Notes: generated from the sequence alone by a model not told the origin. DNA of 63,532 nt, filler included, from Octopus bimaculoides (GCF_001194135.2; 5 parts of 4 records of this genome joined end to end with filler, not necessarily neighbours in it); one strand, 5' to 3'. Shown: positions 37,090 through 48,715, counted from the first letter of the whole stretch. Made by a program: numbers and translations.

Positions 37090-37922
37090 CCATTTTCAGG
37101 AACAATGGTGGTTTATCGATGTAGAAGATTGTAAATTTTTCGCGTATCGAAGTTCGAGAAGCTGAAGAAATTGTTTTATGGTTTACGGTTAGCAACCGGA
37201 ATTGCTGTGTATGCGAATAGAGATCCAAAATTGGGGAATGAAGTAGATAAGATCCAGGCTGCATATGTTTCATAGCAAGCAGAACTTCGGAAGTTGAAAT
37301 TATCCAAACGATGGGTAACCCGCTTGCTACTCGTCAAAGATAGCTTACTTAAAAGAAGGTAACATTATTCTGAAAGGATCCTGTGTTGATACACAGAAGA
37401 TTCGATTGGANNNNNNNNNNNNNNNNNNNNNNNNNNNNNNNNNNNNNNNNNNNNNNNNNNNNNNNNNNNNNNNNNNNNNNNNNNNNNNNNNNNNNNNNNN
37501 NNNNNNNNNNNNNNNNNNNNNNNNNNNNNNNNNNNNNNNNNNNNNNNNNNNNNNNNNNNNNNNNNNNNNNNNNNNNNNNNNNNNNNNNNNNNNNNNNNNN
37601 NNNNNNNNNNNNNNNNNNNNNNNNNNNNNNNNNNNNNNNNNNNNNNNNNNNNNNNNNNNNNNNNNNNNNNNNNNNNNNNNNNNNNNNNNNNNNNNAGAGA
37701 TATGTGCGTGCGTATATGGATATATGCGTGCATGCGATAATATACGCAGTTTTAGACGCGTTTTCTCACTACACAGTAATTTCCCTTTGTTTTTAACGGT
37801 CATTTTTCACAGGAATTTTCAATTGGCCGGATAACTGAAGAGATGTTGGCGTGGGCTCCCTCCCTGGCATCCGAAACTCGGAGTTTTATCATGGCTACTG
37901 AATAAGTGTCACATATTTTTAC
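37090..37922 (+). mobile_element. Probable PLE 3' remnant: decayed GIY-YIG-like segment, gap, then a hammerhead-bearing terminus ending in (AT)n
   Basis: VVY..EDCK..Y.SSRS and RLLLVKDSLLKR (cf. KESLLIK) are weak matches; the hammerhead at 37830-37890 is the stronger support. Confidence 0.45.
37830..37890 (+). ncRNA. Type I hammerhead ribozyme-like motif
   Basis: GATAA-CTGAAGA-GATGTTGG...CTGGCATC-C-GAAAC-TC-G-GA-GT-T-TTATC: stem I 5 bp, stem II 8 bp with three G-U pairs, near-palindromic stem III. Confidence 0.7.
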
Positions 37923-37947
37923 AGATATATATATATATATATATATA

Positions 37948-38012
37948 TTCTTTTATTCTTTTACTTGTTTCAGTCATTTGACTGCGGCCATGCTGGAGCA
38001 CCGCCTTTAGTC
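37948..38012 (-). mobile_element. SINE family B 3' tail
   Basis: CTTTTACTTGTTTCAGTCATTTGACTGCGGCCATGCTGGAGCACCGCCTTTAGTC. Confidence 0.85.
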
Positions 38013-38171
38013 TACACTTACAATTTTTTCCTTTTCTTATACTTCATTTACTGTTCTTGCAAATATAGAAAATATTTTTATATAGTATAAAAAGTTTAGA
38101 ATGATACAACAATGCACTAAAATACAAAAAAATGGACTATATACCTGTTGTAATTTGGTTATCTATAGTCC

Positions 38172-38207
38172 GATGATATTTCGGAATTACAATTCCTTCT
38201 TCAGATC
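38172..38207 (-). ncRNA. Minimal type I hammerhead motif with canonical core plus one extra A
   Basis: Minus strand: GAT-CTGAAGA-A-GGAAT(tgta)ATTCC-GAAAT-AT-C-ATC; AUC cleavage triplet, palindromic AUAU stem III. Confidence 0.7.
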
Positions 38208-38349
38208 TTCTTAGCTCTATTTTTATATATATTCTTTACTTGGACTGTACCGGCGGACAGGGATGTTTGAGATCCCTTTCAAGGATTTCGGTCCTCATTT
38301 CTTTTATCATCGTTTTGCTACTACGGTAGTCTTGTGTTATTCAACCCAA

Positions 38350-39090
38350 CAGAATGAAAAAAATTGATGTCGACGTATCTATGAAGAATATTCCAGTTCC
38401 ACCTAAGAAGGAATTTCTGAAAGACCTGGTAATAATAACTACTGACTACTCTATTAATGAAAAGAAATTATCCAGTTTTTAGCTTCAAGATAACTTAGTT
38501 AATACTAACGAGACTGATTCCATGAGTACCAATGTTAATGATTTTCCTAATAGCCACGTTAGCAGAGATGGTTTGAATTCTATTTCTAATATAAGTTTCA
38601 ATAAAAGTGGAGGTAACAGTCTTTCAGCTAATGATAATTTAATTGATGAAGGTGCAAATAGGGGTGAGAATTCCTAATTTTTGTAAGCGTAGGGAAGTAA
38701 TCTGTCATGCTAAAGTTATTTCTGAATGTAATGATTACTTTTATATTGGTTCTTATACTAATTATATTAAGAAAAGGGTTTCAAATCATTACCATTCCTT
38801 TAGGAACAGAAATAGGGCTCCTTCTACTTGTCTTAGTAATTTCATCTGGAATAATAATAAAACATACTTTATTGAATGGAGCATTTTAGGGATGGCCCCG
38901 GCTTATAGGATTGGTAATAGGTTTTGCTCTCTTTGTTCTGAGGAATTATTTTTGATTCTATTTTCTAGAAGAAAGCTGCTAAACTCTAAATCTGAAACGG
39001 GTTTTTTTTTTTTTTCTGTGTTCATCAGAATAAATGCGTGTTTAAACATTTTAAATAAGGTTGTCTATTATAAGTGTTTTATTAGATAAT
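38350..39090 (+). mobile_element. Internally deleted PLE: ORF N-terminal motif joined to the GIY-YIG endonuclease
   Basis: SMKNIPVPPKKEFLKDLV at ~38380-38435; VICHAKV...YIGSYTNYIKKRVSNHYHSF...LSNFIW...EWSIL...CSLCSEE...LLNSKSE in ORF 38643-39089; no RT domain between them. Confidence 0.85.
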
Positions 39091-39204
39091 TTTGAGTGTT
39101 TGATAATTTGAACAAGATTCAAAATGAAGTACAGAACAATCACAGATACAAGCATTCAAATATTTCGCAATCACATATATACATACACATTCTTTTTTAT
39201 TAAT

Positions 39205-39334
39205 GCGTCCTTTTAAAGCCTAGCCAAGCTCATGGGCCCAGTTTCCCGGTTTCTATGGCGTATGTGTTCCCCCCAAGCTGGACAGGACGCCAATCCATCG
39301 CAGCGTTACCCAAGAAACAGGAAAAAAGAGTGGG
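39205..39334 (-). mobile_element. Probable SINE A sister-subfamily 3' part, cut by a gap
   Basis: Ends in AGAAACAGGAAAAAAGAGTG, similar to the SINE A body at ~59421-59450; the remainder differs. Confidence 0.45.
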
Positions 39335-39434
39335 NNNNNNNNNNNNNNNNNNNNNNNNNNNNNNNNNNNNNNNNNNNNTTAATTAATTAANNNNNNNNNN
39401 NNNNNNNNNNNNNNNNNNNNNNNNNNNNNNNNNN

Positions 39435-39485
<51 letters not shown>

Positions 39486-42400
39486 ATGTGTGTGTGTGTA
39501 TATCATTCCTCATGACACGATTGAAATCATCTGTTCAAATACGGGTTTTGGAATTACTTGTCACCTATCACAAACGCATACTCATTTACATAATCATTTT
39601 CAAACATATAAATGCAGACATATGTATACACAAACATGCATATACGATAATACACACACAAACATACACACACGCACGTACACACACACGACACACACAC
39701 ACACACACACACACACAATCTACATACACACCTAACACCTAAATACACACGTATACACATCAATATACATGCATACATATAGTTTTGTTTCACATGATGA
39801 TATAAAATATACATATTTACATACATATACATGCACACACATACATCCAGAAATACATACACATTTACGTCACAGTTACATAGTCATGATAAAAAATCCC
39901 TAATACAACGACAAAACTTTTAAAATCGGCAAACGAACTCTAATCCTTCATATTTGTGTAATTTCTAAGTCACTTACAATTTTCTATTAAATTATTTTTT
40001 TAACGAAGAAATAAATTACGAAAAAAAAAAACATCCAAAATAAAAAAAAATAATAAAACAAACAAGTTTTCAAACGTTGATTATCACACGACCAAACCGA
40101 GAAATTTGACAGGAAGTCGATCGCTGTTATTCGAATATAAATGTCGCTAACAGCTTCTAAAAACTGTTAATCAGAGAAAATTTTGATGAGTCTCTTCTGT
40201 GAGATAAAGTAAAATACAAATCATAATAACAGCAACAGCAGCAGTAGCAACAACAACAGCAGCAACAATATATACAACAACAACAAACACGTTAAAAACG
40301 CTTTCAATTGTAGGTGAACAACATTAAAAACCCATATTGAAGGCTTCCCTCCCCTCGCCATACACAAACACATACACGCACAAATACACACTCATATCCA
40401 CACACACACATAAAAAATTCAAATAAAATATAAATTAACAAAAAGCAATTAAAAAAAGATAGCAACAACAATAACAAGAAAAATATATAGAGATAAAATA
40501 AATATTGAAAAAAAATAATAAAAATAAAAACAACTTGAATAACAACAAAAAGATAAAAAAAAATATTTTTATTTCATTCCAGTTTTTCATTTTTATTTTA
40601 TTGCTGTGAAACACTAAAATGATTGGCTTTTAGAAATAAATTAAGAACGTAAAAACCGAAATAAAAATGTATTTTAGTTGACTTCGAAAATGGATGCTGT
40701 TAGTGAAAAGAGAAAATAACCACACACAGATATACACACGGACGCGCAATCGCTCGCCTCATGTGTGTGTGTGTGTGTGAGAGAGAGAGAGTGTGTGTGT
40801 GTGTGTATACAAAGACAAGTAAAACACGCTGTCATATATAAATGTATACACACATATATATATATGAATATATATGAATAGATATACGTGTATATANNNN
40901 NNNNNNNNNNNNNNNNNNNNNNNNNNNNNNNNNNNNNNNNNNNNNNNNNNNNNNNNNNNNNNNNNNNNNNNNNNNNNNNNNNNNNNNNNNNNNNNNNNNN
41001 NNNNNNNNNNNNNNNNNNNNNNNNNNNNNNNNNNNNNNNNNNNNNNNNNNNNNNNNNNNNNNNNNNNNNNNNNNNNNNNNNNNNNNNNNNNNNNNNNNNN
41101 NNNNNNNNNNNNNNNNNNNNNNNNNNATATATATATATATATATATATACATATATATAATTATATATATATGTATATATGATTATATATAAATATATAT
41201 ATATATGAGAGAGAGAAAGACAGAAAGAGAGAGAGAGAGAAAGGGAAAAAAAGAAAGAGGGAATATTTTAAAAATAAAACTATGAAAACGTAATGAAAAA
41301 TCAATAAAAATAAACGAAGTAATGTGCAAAAATAAATAAATAAAAAAATGAAATTTAATCAATAAAAAGAAAAGAGAAATATATCAACAAAAATACAGGG
41401 GTGATAAAAATAAGCCTGGAATGTTTGTAGCTGAATGAAATGCTGAAATTGTGATCTCTATGGAAATCATAGTAGATTATAAGGCAGTCCATTGCCATGG
41501 TAACATTAAATAATAATTTTGAATTTTCATTAATATTGTATATTTTATACCTCTTGAGTTCCGCCGAAAAATAAAACAGTAAAAAGAAACAAGAAGAAGA
41601 AAAATGGTGAGTCTGTACACGTAACTAAAATATTCAGTTAAAAAAAAATAGGACCAATTAGATAAAAAACATATAAAAAATAAATCATTATAAAGGTGAG
41701 AGAAAGGGTGAAATAGAGAGAGAGAGAGAGGGGTGAAGAAAGGGGGGAGTAGGGAGAAGCCGAGTGAAATTAGTTTAAACCTAATTTCTACAGTGTATAA
41801 AGTGTATTGTGAAGGGAGGTAATTGTGGCAAATTGTTTAATTGTTCTGTGATATATATANNNNNNNNNNNNNNNNNNNNNNNNNNNNNNNNNNNNNNNNN
41901 NNNNNNNNNNNNNNNNNNNNNNNNNNNNNNNNNNNNNNNNNNNNNNNNNNNNNNNNNNNNNNNNNNNNNNNNNNNNNNNNNNNNNNNNNNNNNNNNNNNN
42001 NNNNNNNNNNNNNNNNNNNNNNNNNNNNNNNNNNNNNNNNNNNNNNNNNNNNNNNNNNNNNNNNNNNNNNNNNNNNNNNNNNNNNNNNNNNNNNNNNNNN
42101 NNNNTATGAAATAAACCTTTATCGGTAAGACCATTTATCATCATAAATATAAGGGATTAGCAATTGAGAAGCAACTCAATTGCTAATCCCTTATATTTAT
42201 GATATAATATATATATATATATATATATGTATGTATATATATATATACATGTATGTATATATATATATATAATATATATATATATATGTATGTATATATA
42301 TATACATGTATGTATATATATATATACATGTATGTATATATATATGTATATATATACATGTATGTATATATATATATATATGTATGTATATTTATATATG

Positions 42401-42728
42401 CATGCATACATATATACACACATATATACATACATATATACAAGCATATATCTATATTATATCTATATAACCTTATACTATTGTATTGAAGTTGAACATA
42501 ATTCGCAAACTTACTCAGAGTTTAAAGTAACCCATCGTCAGGCAGTCTAGATACTTACGATTGTCTGCCGAGCGGCTTATGTGAAAACCTGCACAACAGT
42601 GTGTGCAATCGTTTCATCTTACTTCAATAAATTTCTGAATTTGGAAGTGGAGTGCTATTTTTTCACCATGTTTTGCATATCTTTGTTTACATTTTGTGGA
42701 TATACATACAACACCCCACATGTATACA

Positions 42729-42768
<40 letters not shown>

Positions 42769-42889
42769 ATATGCATACATACCTACGTACATGTAACTGT
42801 ATAATATATTGTTCCATTGTTGGTGGCATCAACAAAAAGTGCTCCATCAAGTGAGAGATAAATTTCATTTGATAAACACGTAATTTAAA

Positions 42890-43105
42890 GCAGCGAGTTG
42901 GCAGAATCGTTACTACACCGGGAAAAATCCTTAGCACCATTTCGTCCTTCTTTACACTCTGAGTTCAAATTTCACCGCGGTCGACTTTGCCCTTCACTTT
43001 TTCGGGGTCAATAAAAGAAGTACCATTTAAATACGGTGGTCGATACCATCGACTTATCATCTCATCACTCGAATTTACTGGCCTCGTACCAAAATTTGAA
43101 ACCAA
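42890..43105 (+). mobile_element. SINE family C, diverged
   Basis: GCGAGTTGGCAGAATCGTTA...GAGTTCAAATTT...GGTCGACTTTGCC...GGGGTCAATAAA. Confidence 0.85.
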
Positions 43106-43115
43106 TATACATAAG

Positions 43116-43247
43116 ATTTGAATATGAGCTAATATAAGTTTTATGCCTTTTTTCAGTCTAAATATTGCCCGATGAGATTCGCTGTAGAAGCTTGTCCGAC
43201 TATTGTATTATCAGAGGCATAAAACTTATAGTAGCTCGCATTTAAAT
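43116..43247. repeat. 132-bp hairpin/MITE-like element with 33-bp inverted termini
   Basis: ATTTGAATATGAGCTAATATAAGTTTTATGCCT vs AGGCATAAAACTTATAGTAGCTCGCATTTAAAT (29/33 complementary). Confidence 0.8.
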
Positions 43248-43325
43248 CCAACTGGCCTCCAGAACCCTGACACGAGTTATGGATGTTCTATATTTTAGAG
43301 ATGTGGAATTCTGTACATTATTTAC

Positions 43326-43477
43326 ATTATTTACATTGGACGGATATGTGTCCTCATCTTGTTCGTTGGGTTCAAAATTCTACCAGGACACCTGATGAAG
43401 GCTGGAGAGTAAATCAGCCGAAACGCTGTTGTATCAACAAACAAGATGAGGACACACATCCGCCCAATGTAAATAAT
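43326..43477 (+). mobile_element. PLE-type inverted terminal junction enclosing a hammerhead motif
   Basis: 43-bp inverted repeat (43326-43368 / 43435-43477, 3 mismatches) around CTGATGA-A-GGCTG...CAGCC-GAAAC (43392-43424). Confidence 0.75.
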
Positions 43478-43779
43478 GGGGTATGGATGTTGTTTTTTCC
43501 CCCGCTAAGGTATATGAAGAACAGAACAATGCAAAAAGATACCCTTTAATATTTGGTAGACTCTTAGGATTCCTTGGAAATCAGCGCGGATTCCTATTCA
43601 GCGTCTATGACGGTAGAGGTATTACAGACCAGTGATTCGTCTTGGAAAGAACGAAATCTATCACAAATAAAAATTCCTCGGAAAAACGAAACCCTAGATA
43701 GTGAGGAAATTAGCGAAATTCTGTACTGGAAAATGTGTACAAAATATTTATAAAGCGGACTGAATGATTATTTTCGATG

Positions 43780-43899
<120 letters not shown>

Positions 43900-44529
43900 A
43901 AAATTATTTATCTGTATATCGATAGTTGTACAAAGAAAAGAACATTGAACAGGTGTTGGAGGAGTTTGAATATTAACATTCACAGGTTAACTAAATATGC
44001 TTTAGTTAAATTTTTACAGACGTGAAAAAATCCGCTTGATCATTCGTTCGCTGAAATATATATTGTTGGACATTGTTGAAACTAAACGAAATAAAGCGTT
44101 AGGTAGCGACCCAGAGACAAATATGTGTGTTGATGCAACAACAATCTCTCTTAATTAATATTGGATGTAGGTAATGTAGAAAAGGGTCTGTAGAAAATGA
44201 GTTGTGGTATAGAAAAAAAGAAACAGATTTTTCTTAAGCTTTACCATAAAATACGAACATTTATTTTGACTGACCAAATTCATCTTTGTATCGGGTGCAA
44301 ATCTTTCTCAGCATTAGATACGTTCTCAGTTTAGATTTTTAGATCTCCAACGAATTGAGCATTAAACTAGAGTCTGTCATTGTTGTTATTGTTGTTGTCA
44401 TTGTTGTTATCGTTGTCGTCGTTGTTAGCCATTATTCGTCTCTGATCGAGTAGACCATTATCAAGAGTTCTAGTTGCAACCAACTTGTATTTTTGATCTG
44501 AGATCTAATGTACCCTGGATAATCTAGGT

Positions 44530-45080
44530 CAAACGAGAGAGGTTGGTATAACAACCAAACTAAATCGGTTCTTGTGCCTAATCTCATCAATGGCTACAAA
44601 TGTTGGGTAAGGACCGAAAGGGAACGACCGCGAATACAAGCAGCTGAAACGGTGTTCTACGGAAAGGATTTCTGGAGTGATGTTACTCGACAGGGTGTGT
44701 ATCTGGGGTATCAGGGAGACTCTCCAAGTCGCACAGCTACTACTCCGCATTGAGAAGTCACCGCTCTGGTACCATGGACATGTGATTAGAATGTCACAGG
44801 AACGAATCACAAGACAGATTCCTCTAACCGAGCGAACCAGCAGAAAACCCAAGGATAGACCAAGAACAAGATGGTTGGATATTATTCATAATCTCAGTTG
44901 GCCATGTTAGGGAATTCAGCTGGAAAGTTTAATTTAGCCGGAAAGCTTAAAAGCTTAATGCTTCTGAAAGGATCCTTTGGAGGAAGTGCCTGAAGACTCT
45001 ACCCCTACGACCTTCTCAAAAATAGCAGACTGAGAAGACGGATGGCTGGATGGATGGCTGGATGGATGAATGGATGGATA
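44530..45080 (+). mobile_element. RTE-clade LINE 3' end with (GGAT)n tail
   Basis: RIQAAE...LLDRV..IRETLQV..LLLRIEKS.L.YHGHVIRM.QER...DRPRTRWLD. Confidence 0.85.
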
Positions 45081-45214
45081 TTTGGTTATATTCTCCATTA
45101 TGTACTTATATAGCAAGATATTAGGTCACTAAGGGAATGAATGAGATTGCTATGTCTATCAGATTAAATGATTGCACAGAATCTGCATTAAAGCAAAAAA
45201 CTGGCATTCCGTCA

Positions 45215-45513
45215 GTTACGATGATGAGGTTCCTCTTGATCGATCAACGGAACAGTCTGATCGTGAAATTGATCGTGGCTGAGTACTCCGCAGACATGCG
45301 TCCCTTTAACATAGTTCTCAGGGAGATTCAGTGTGACACAGAACGGGGCAAAAGTGGCCTTGAATTACAAGTACAACTGATTTTTCCAGCTGAGTGAACT
45401 GAAGCCACGTGAAATAAAGTGTCTTGCTCTAGGACACAACGTGCCGCTAGGAATCGAACTCACGATCTTACGATCATGAGCCAAATACATTAATCACTAA
45501 GCCACGCTCCTTC
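45215..45513 (-). mobile_element. SINE sharing the SINE A 3' body but with a different tRNA-like head
   Basis: GATCAACGGAACAG, GTTCTCAGGGAGATTCAG, TTGAATTACA are shared with SINE A; head reads GTGGCTTAGTG...GAGTTCGATTCC on the minus strand. Confidence 0.75.
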
Positions 45514-45899
45514 GCACTGTGTCAACAAAACAACAGCACGACACAGAAGGTTGTGTTTTGCTGCCGTTGCCTTTATCATATTAACCAGTGGATATTCCTA
45601 AAAGAAATGACACTTGTTGTATCTCGGGAAGGTTATTATGCCGTTATTAAACACTAACACCTGTCCTATTTCACTTCTTTATTATTTTCAATTAGTTTAC
45701 TATTTAACAAAACAATTGTTTGATTAATCATTCTTTTAATCAAGCAGTTTCTTTTTTTTTGTCATTCCTTTCGTTACGACTCTATCAGTTAACTGGTTAA
45801 ATATTGAACTAGTTCGCAAATAATAAAGAATAAAATAGAATCAATGCGTGTGTTTATCGATTGATATAATGACCCCCACCACATGCAACAAAACCTATT

Positions 45900-46370
45900 T
45901 CAACTCAGGACCTCACATCAAGAACCTTGCAAACCAAATAGAAAAATGACACTTGGCTTAGTGTCAAAAATAAACAGAACCCTAGACAATCTTACTTCTT
46001 GAAATATTCCTTTTGAAAGATTCCCAGTTTCAGGAACAATTGTTCTTCTTTCAGTTACAAGGTTGACCAGTTTTGTGGAAGTATTTCAATGATAGCAATT
46101 AAGACAGCCGTTACTTTTGCCAAACGCAGTAATCCCATCAGCCATTAGTGGGGAATAATGTCCAATGTCCTTTTGTAATTAAACTATATTGTCGCACCAC
46201 TTCTGCAATCTGTTTTTTCTTCTTCACATAAGAGAGCGTAGATTTATTAACTGGAAACGATTCGGTACATTCACAGACTCTCTTCTCTCTACTTCGCTGC
46301 TCATTAGCCATTCTCTACTTAGTTGGACTCGCAATGGTCTTGGAGGAATTGGCTTGCGACATTTTGTGTA
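45900..46370 (-). mobile_element. R4-clade reverse transcriptase fragment, decayed
   Basis: Minus strand: QLIN..., YKRTLDIIPH*WLMGLLRLAKV (cf. DYKKAFDSVPHSWL), KGIFQEVRLSRVLF (cf. RGIFQGDSLSPLLF). Confidence 0.65.
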
Positions 46371-46757
46371 AAGCTTAAACATATTGTTTAATCAAGCGTG
46401 TGTCTATAGTTTTCTGCTAGGTGGATAGTTTTCATTCTTGGCCACTACGTTTGCGCTTGCTATGAAGCTATGTGTGGCAAGCCAATTTGCTGTCTTGATT
46501 TTGTCTTCAGCAGTCTTTTTCTTTTTTTTTTTTATATAAATGTACAAGTGAATGGATCTCAGTAGAATCTCAGTTTCTTGTGCGAGCAGCGGTTTTCGGG
46601 TGCGTTGATGTCCAATCTGGATGTTGGTTGTATATAGGTGAAAGATAGGGGAAGAAGTTGAGAGCAAGAAAGAGGAATAGAGAAAAGCATGGAAGATGTA
46701 CATGTGAATGCAAGATGAGAGATGCATGTGTGAATACAAGAAAGATAGACAATCTCA

Positions 46758-46806
<49 letters not shown>

Positions 46807-46968
46807 AGAGAGGGAGAGAGAGGGGAAGAAAGGATGAAGGAGAAAGAAGAAAGAGATACAGCAAAAGAGACACCAAGGGAAGCAAGAAGAGATAGAAAAA
46901 CGAGAGAAGTAGAGAAAGAGTGAGAAGCAGAGATATTGATAAGCGAGAAGAGCGAGAGAGAAAGAAAG

Positions 46969-47016
<48 letters not shown>

Positions 47017-47631
47017 GGGGATAGAGAAGGAAAGAGCGAGAGAGAGAGAGAGGGAGAGAGAAAGAAAGAGAAAGTGAGAAGAAAGTCAGTGAAAGAGAAT
47101 GAAAGTGAGAGGATGTGTGTATATATTTGAAGATAATGAAGAAAAATTGTGTGAGATTTGTGTATGTGTTAATGGGAGTTTGTAAGTTTGAAAAGGAAAG
47201 AGTAAAGATTAGAATAAGGAGAAAAAAGGGAGTCTGTCTATAGTACTGTTTAAAAATGGTATGTAGAAACAGATAGAGAAAGACAGGAAATATAAAGAAA
47301 TCCTGCCTTGATATTTAGTCCCAATTTCATTCATTGAAATCGAATTAGCTTTTTTCATTATTTTTCTTGCTCTTCCCCAGGTCAGCTCTGACTGAAGAGA
47401 TATATGATAAAAAAATGTTCTAACCAGGGCCACCCAATGTTTCTTGCTCAAACAGAGTCTAACTCAAATTATATTTTCCAAAGTGTCCCTTTTTTAACGG
47501 TAGGTTGTACTTTGAGTGAGATTTGTTAGTTATTTCTAGCAGGAGGTGAGACCACAATCGCGGCCACATAAAGGATTCCTTACTGGCTTGTTGTTATCAT
47601 TGGTCCTGTTGTTACTATAGTTGTTGTTGCT

Positions 47632-47850
47632 AAGGCGATGAGCTGACTGAGTAATTAGCACGGCGAACAAAATGCTTTGCGGTATTTCACCCGCCTTTAC
47701 TCTCTTTGTTCAAATTCCGCTGAGCTTAACTTTGTCTTTCTTTCTTTCTTTCTTTTGGGGTCGATAAAACAAGTTGAGCACTGAGGTTGATGTTTTTAAC
47801 AATACCTTTCCTTTAAAATTGCTGACCTTGTAATCAAAAATTGAAACAAC
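47632..47850 (+). mobile_element. SINE family C, diverged
   Basis: AAGGCGATGAGCTG...GTTCAAATTCCGCTGAG...GGGGTCGATAAAA. Confidence 0.75.
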
Positions 47851-48459
47851 TGTTGTTGTTACTAACGCGTGTGTGTATGTGTGTTGTGAGTATGTGTGTA
47901 TGTGTTGAGTGTATGTGCGTGCGGGTTTTAATCATTGCGGTTGCTAACACTTGTTACTATTTTTATTGCTACTGTCGTTATCAACGGTAGCTGTTACCGT
48001 TAATAGTTTTCTGGAGCAGTTACACGAGATTTAACGGCTTCTTTCTGATTTGAACGCTTCAGCGTACAGTTCTTTTGTTTCAATAAAAGTCTGAGTAGGT
48101 TAGTAGCATAGGTATATAATATTACACTATTGTATAAAGTTATTGTAAAACGGTAAGAATCGATTATTAGCCGAAAGGCAAACGAGCTGTTGGGCGGTTC
48201 GTAGTAGTTACATTCCACTCTCAAAAGCCGAGTTCATATTGCGATTTAGCATATAATTCACTAAGTATTGAACTATACGTTGAAATGTAATATGATTTAT
48301 CACTGTAAGTAGCAGGCGCACTAAGAAGTTGATGACTGCTTCTTTGGTTTTCTGTGGTATATTTAATTCTTACTGTGACTGAATAACATCCTGTCATAAC
48401 CCATCGTCTCGTTACAGGCCACCAGGCATTGACATGCAGTTATATCATAATAAACCATT

Positions 48460-48715
48460 ATTCGCATATTTACAGAATCATTTGGGGAACATAACTTTCG
48501 CCAGCCAGGAGGAGGTGGAAACTGACCTTTCAGAGTTCCTCGCTTAGAAACCAAAAGAGCTTTACATTGATGGGATTAAAAAGCATGTAAATAGATGGAA
48601 GGAAGTCATAGATAATCAGGAAAAGTACATTGGTGATTAAAGTTCAATCAAATATAACATTTGATCACTTGCTTTCTTTATTCAAAATTCAGACAGAACT
48701 TATGGGATGACCTGG
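48460..48715 (+). mobile_element. Mariner 3' end with right TIR
   Basis: YLQNHLGNITFASQEEVETDLSEFLA*KPKELYIDGI...RWKEVIDNQEKYI; ends GACAGAACTTATGGGATGACCTGG followed by TATA. Confidence 0.8.

Noticed and set aside
42500-42585. Possible hammerheads (CTGACGA on the minus strand; CTGCCGA...GAAAAC on the plus strand)
   Set aside because: Stems II/III cannot be formed convincingly; at best a decayed remnant.
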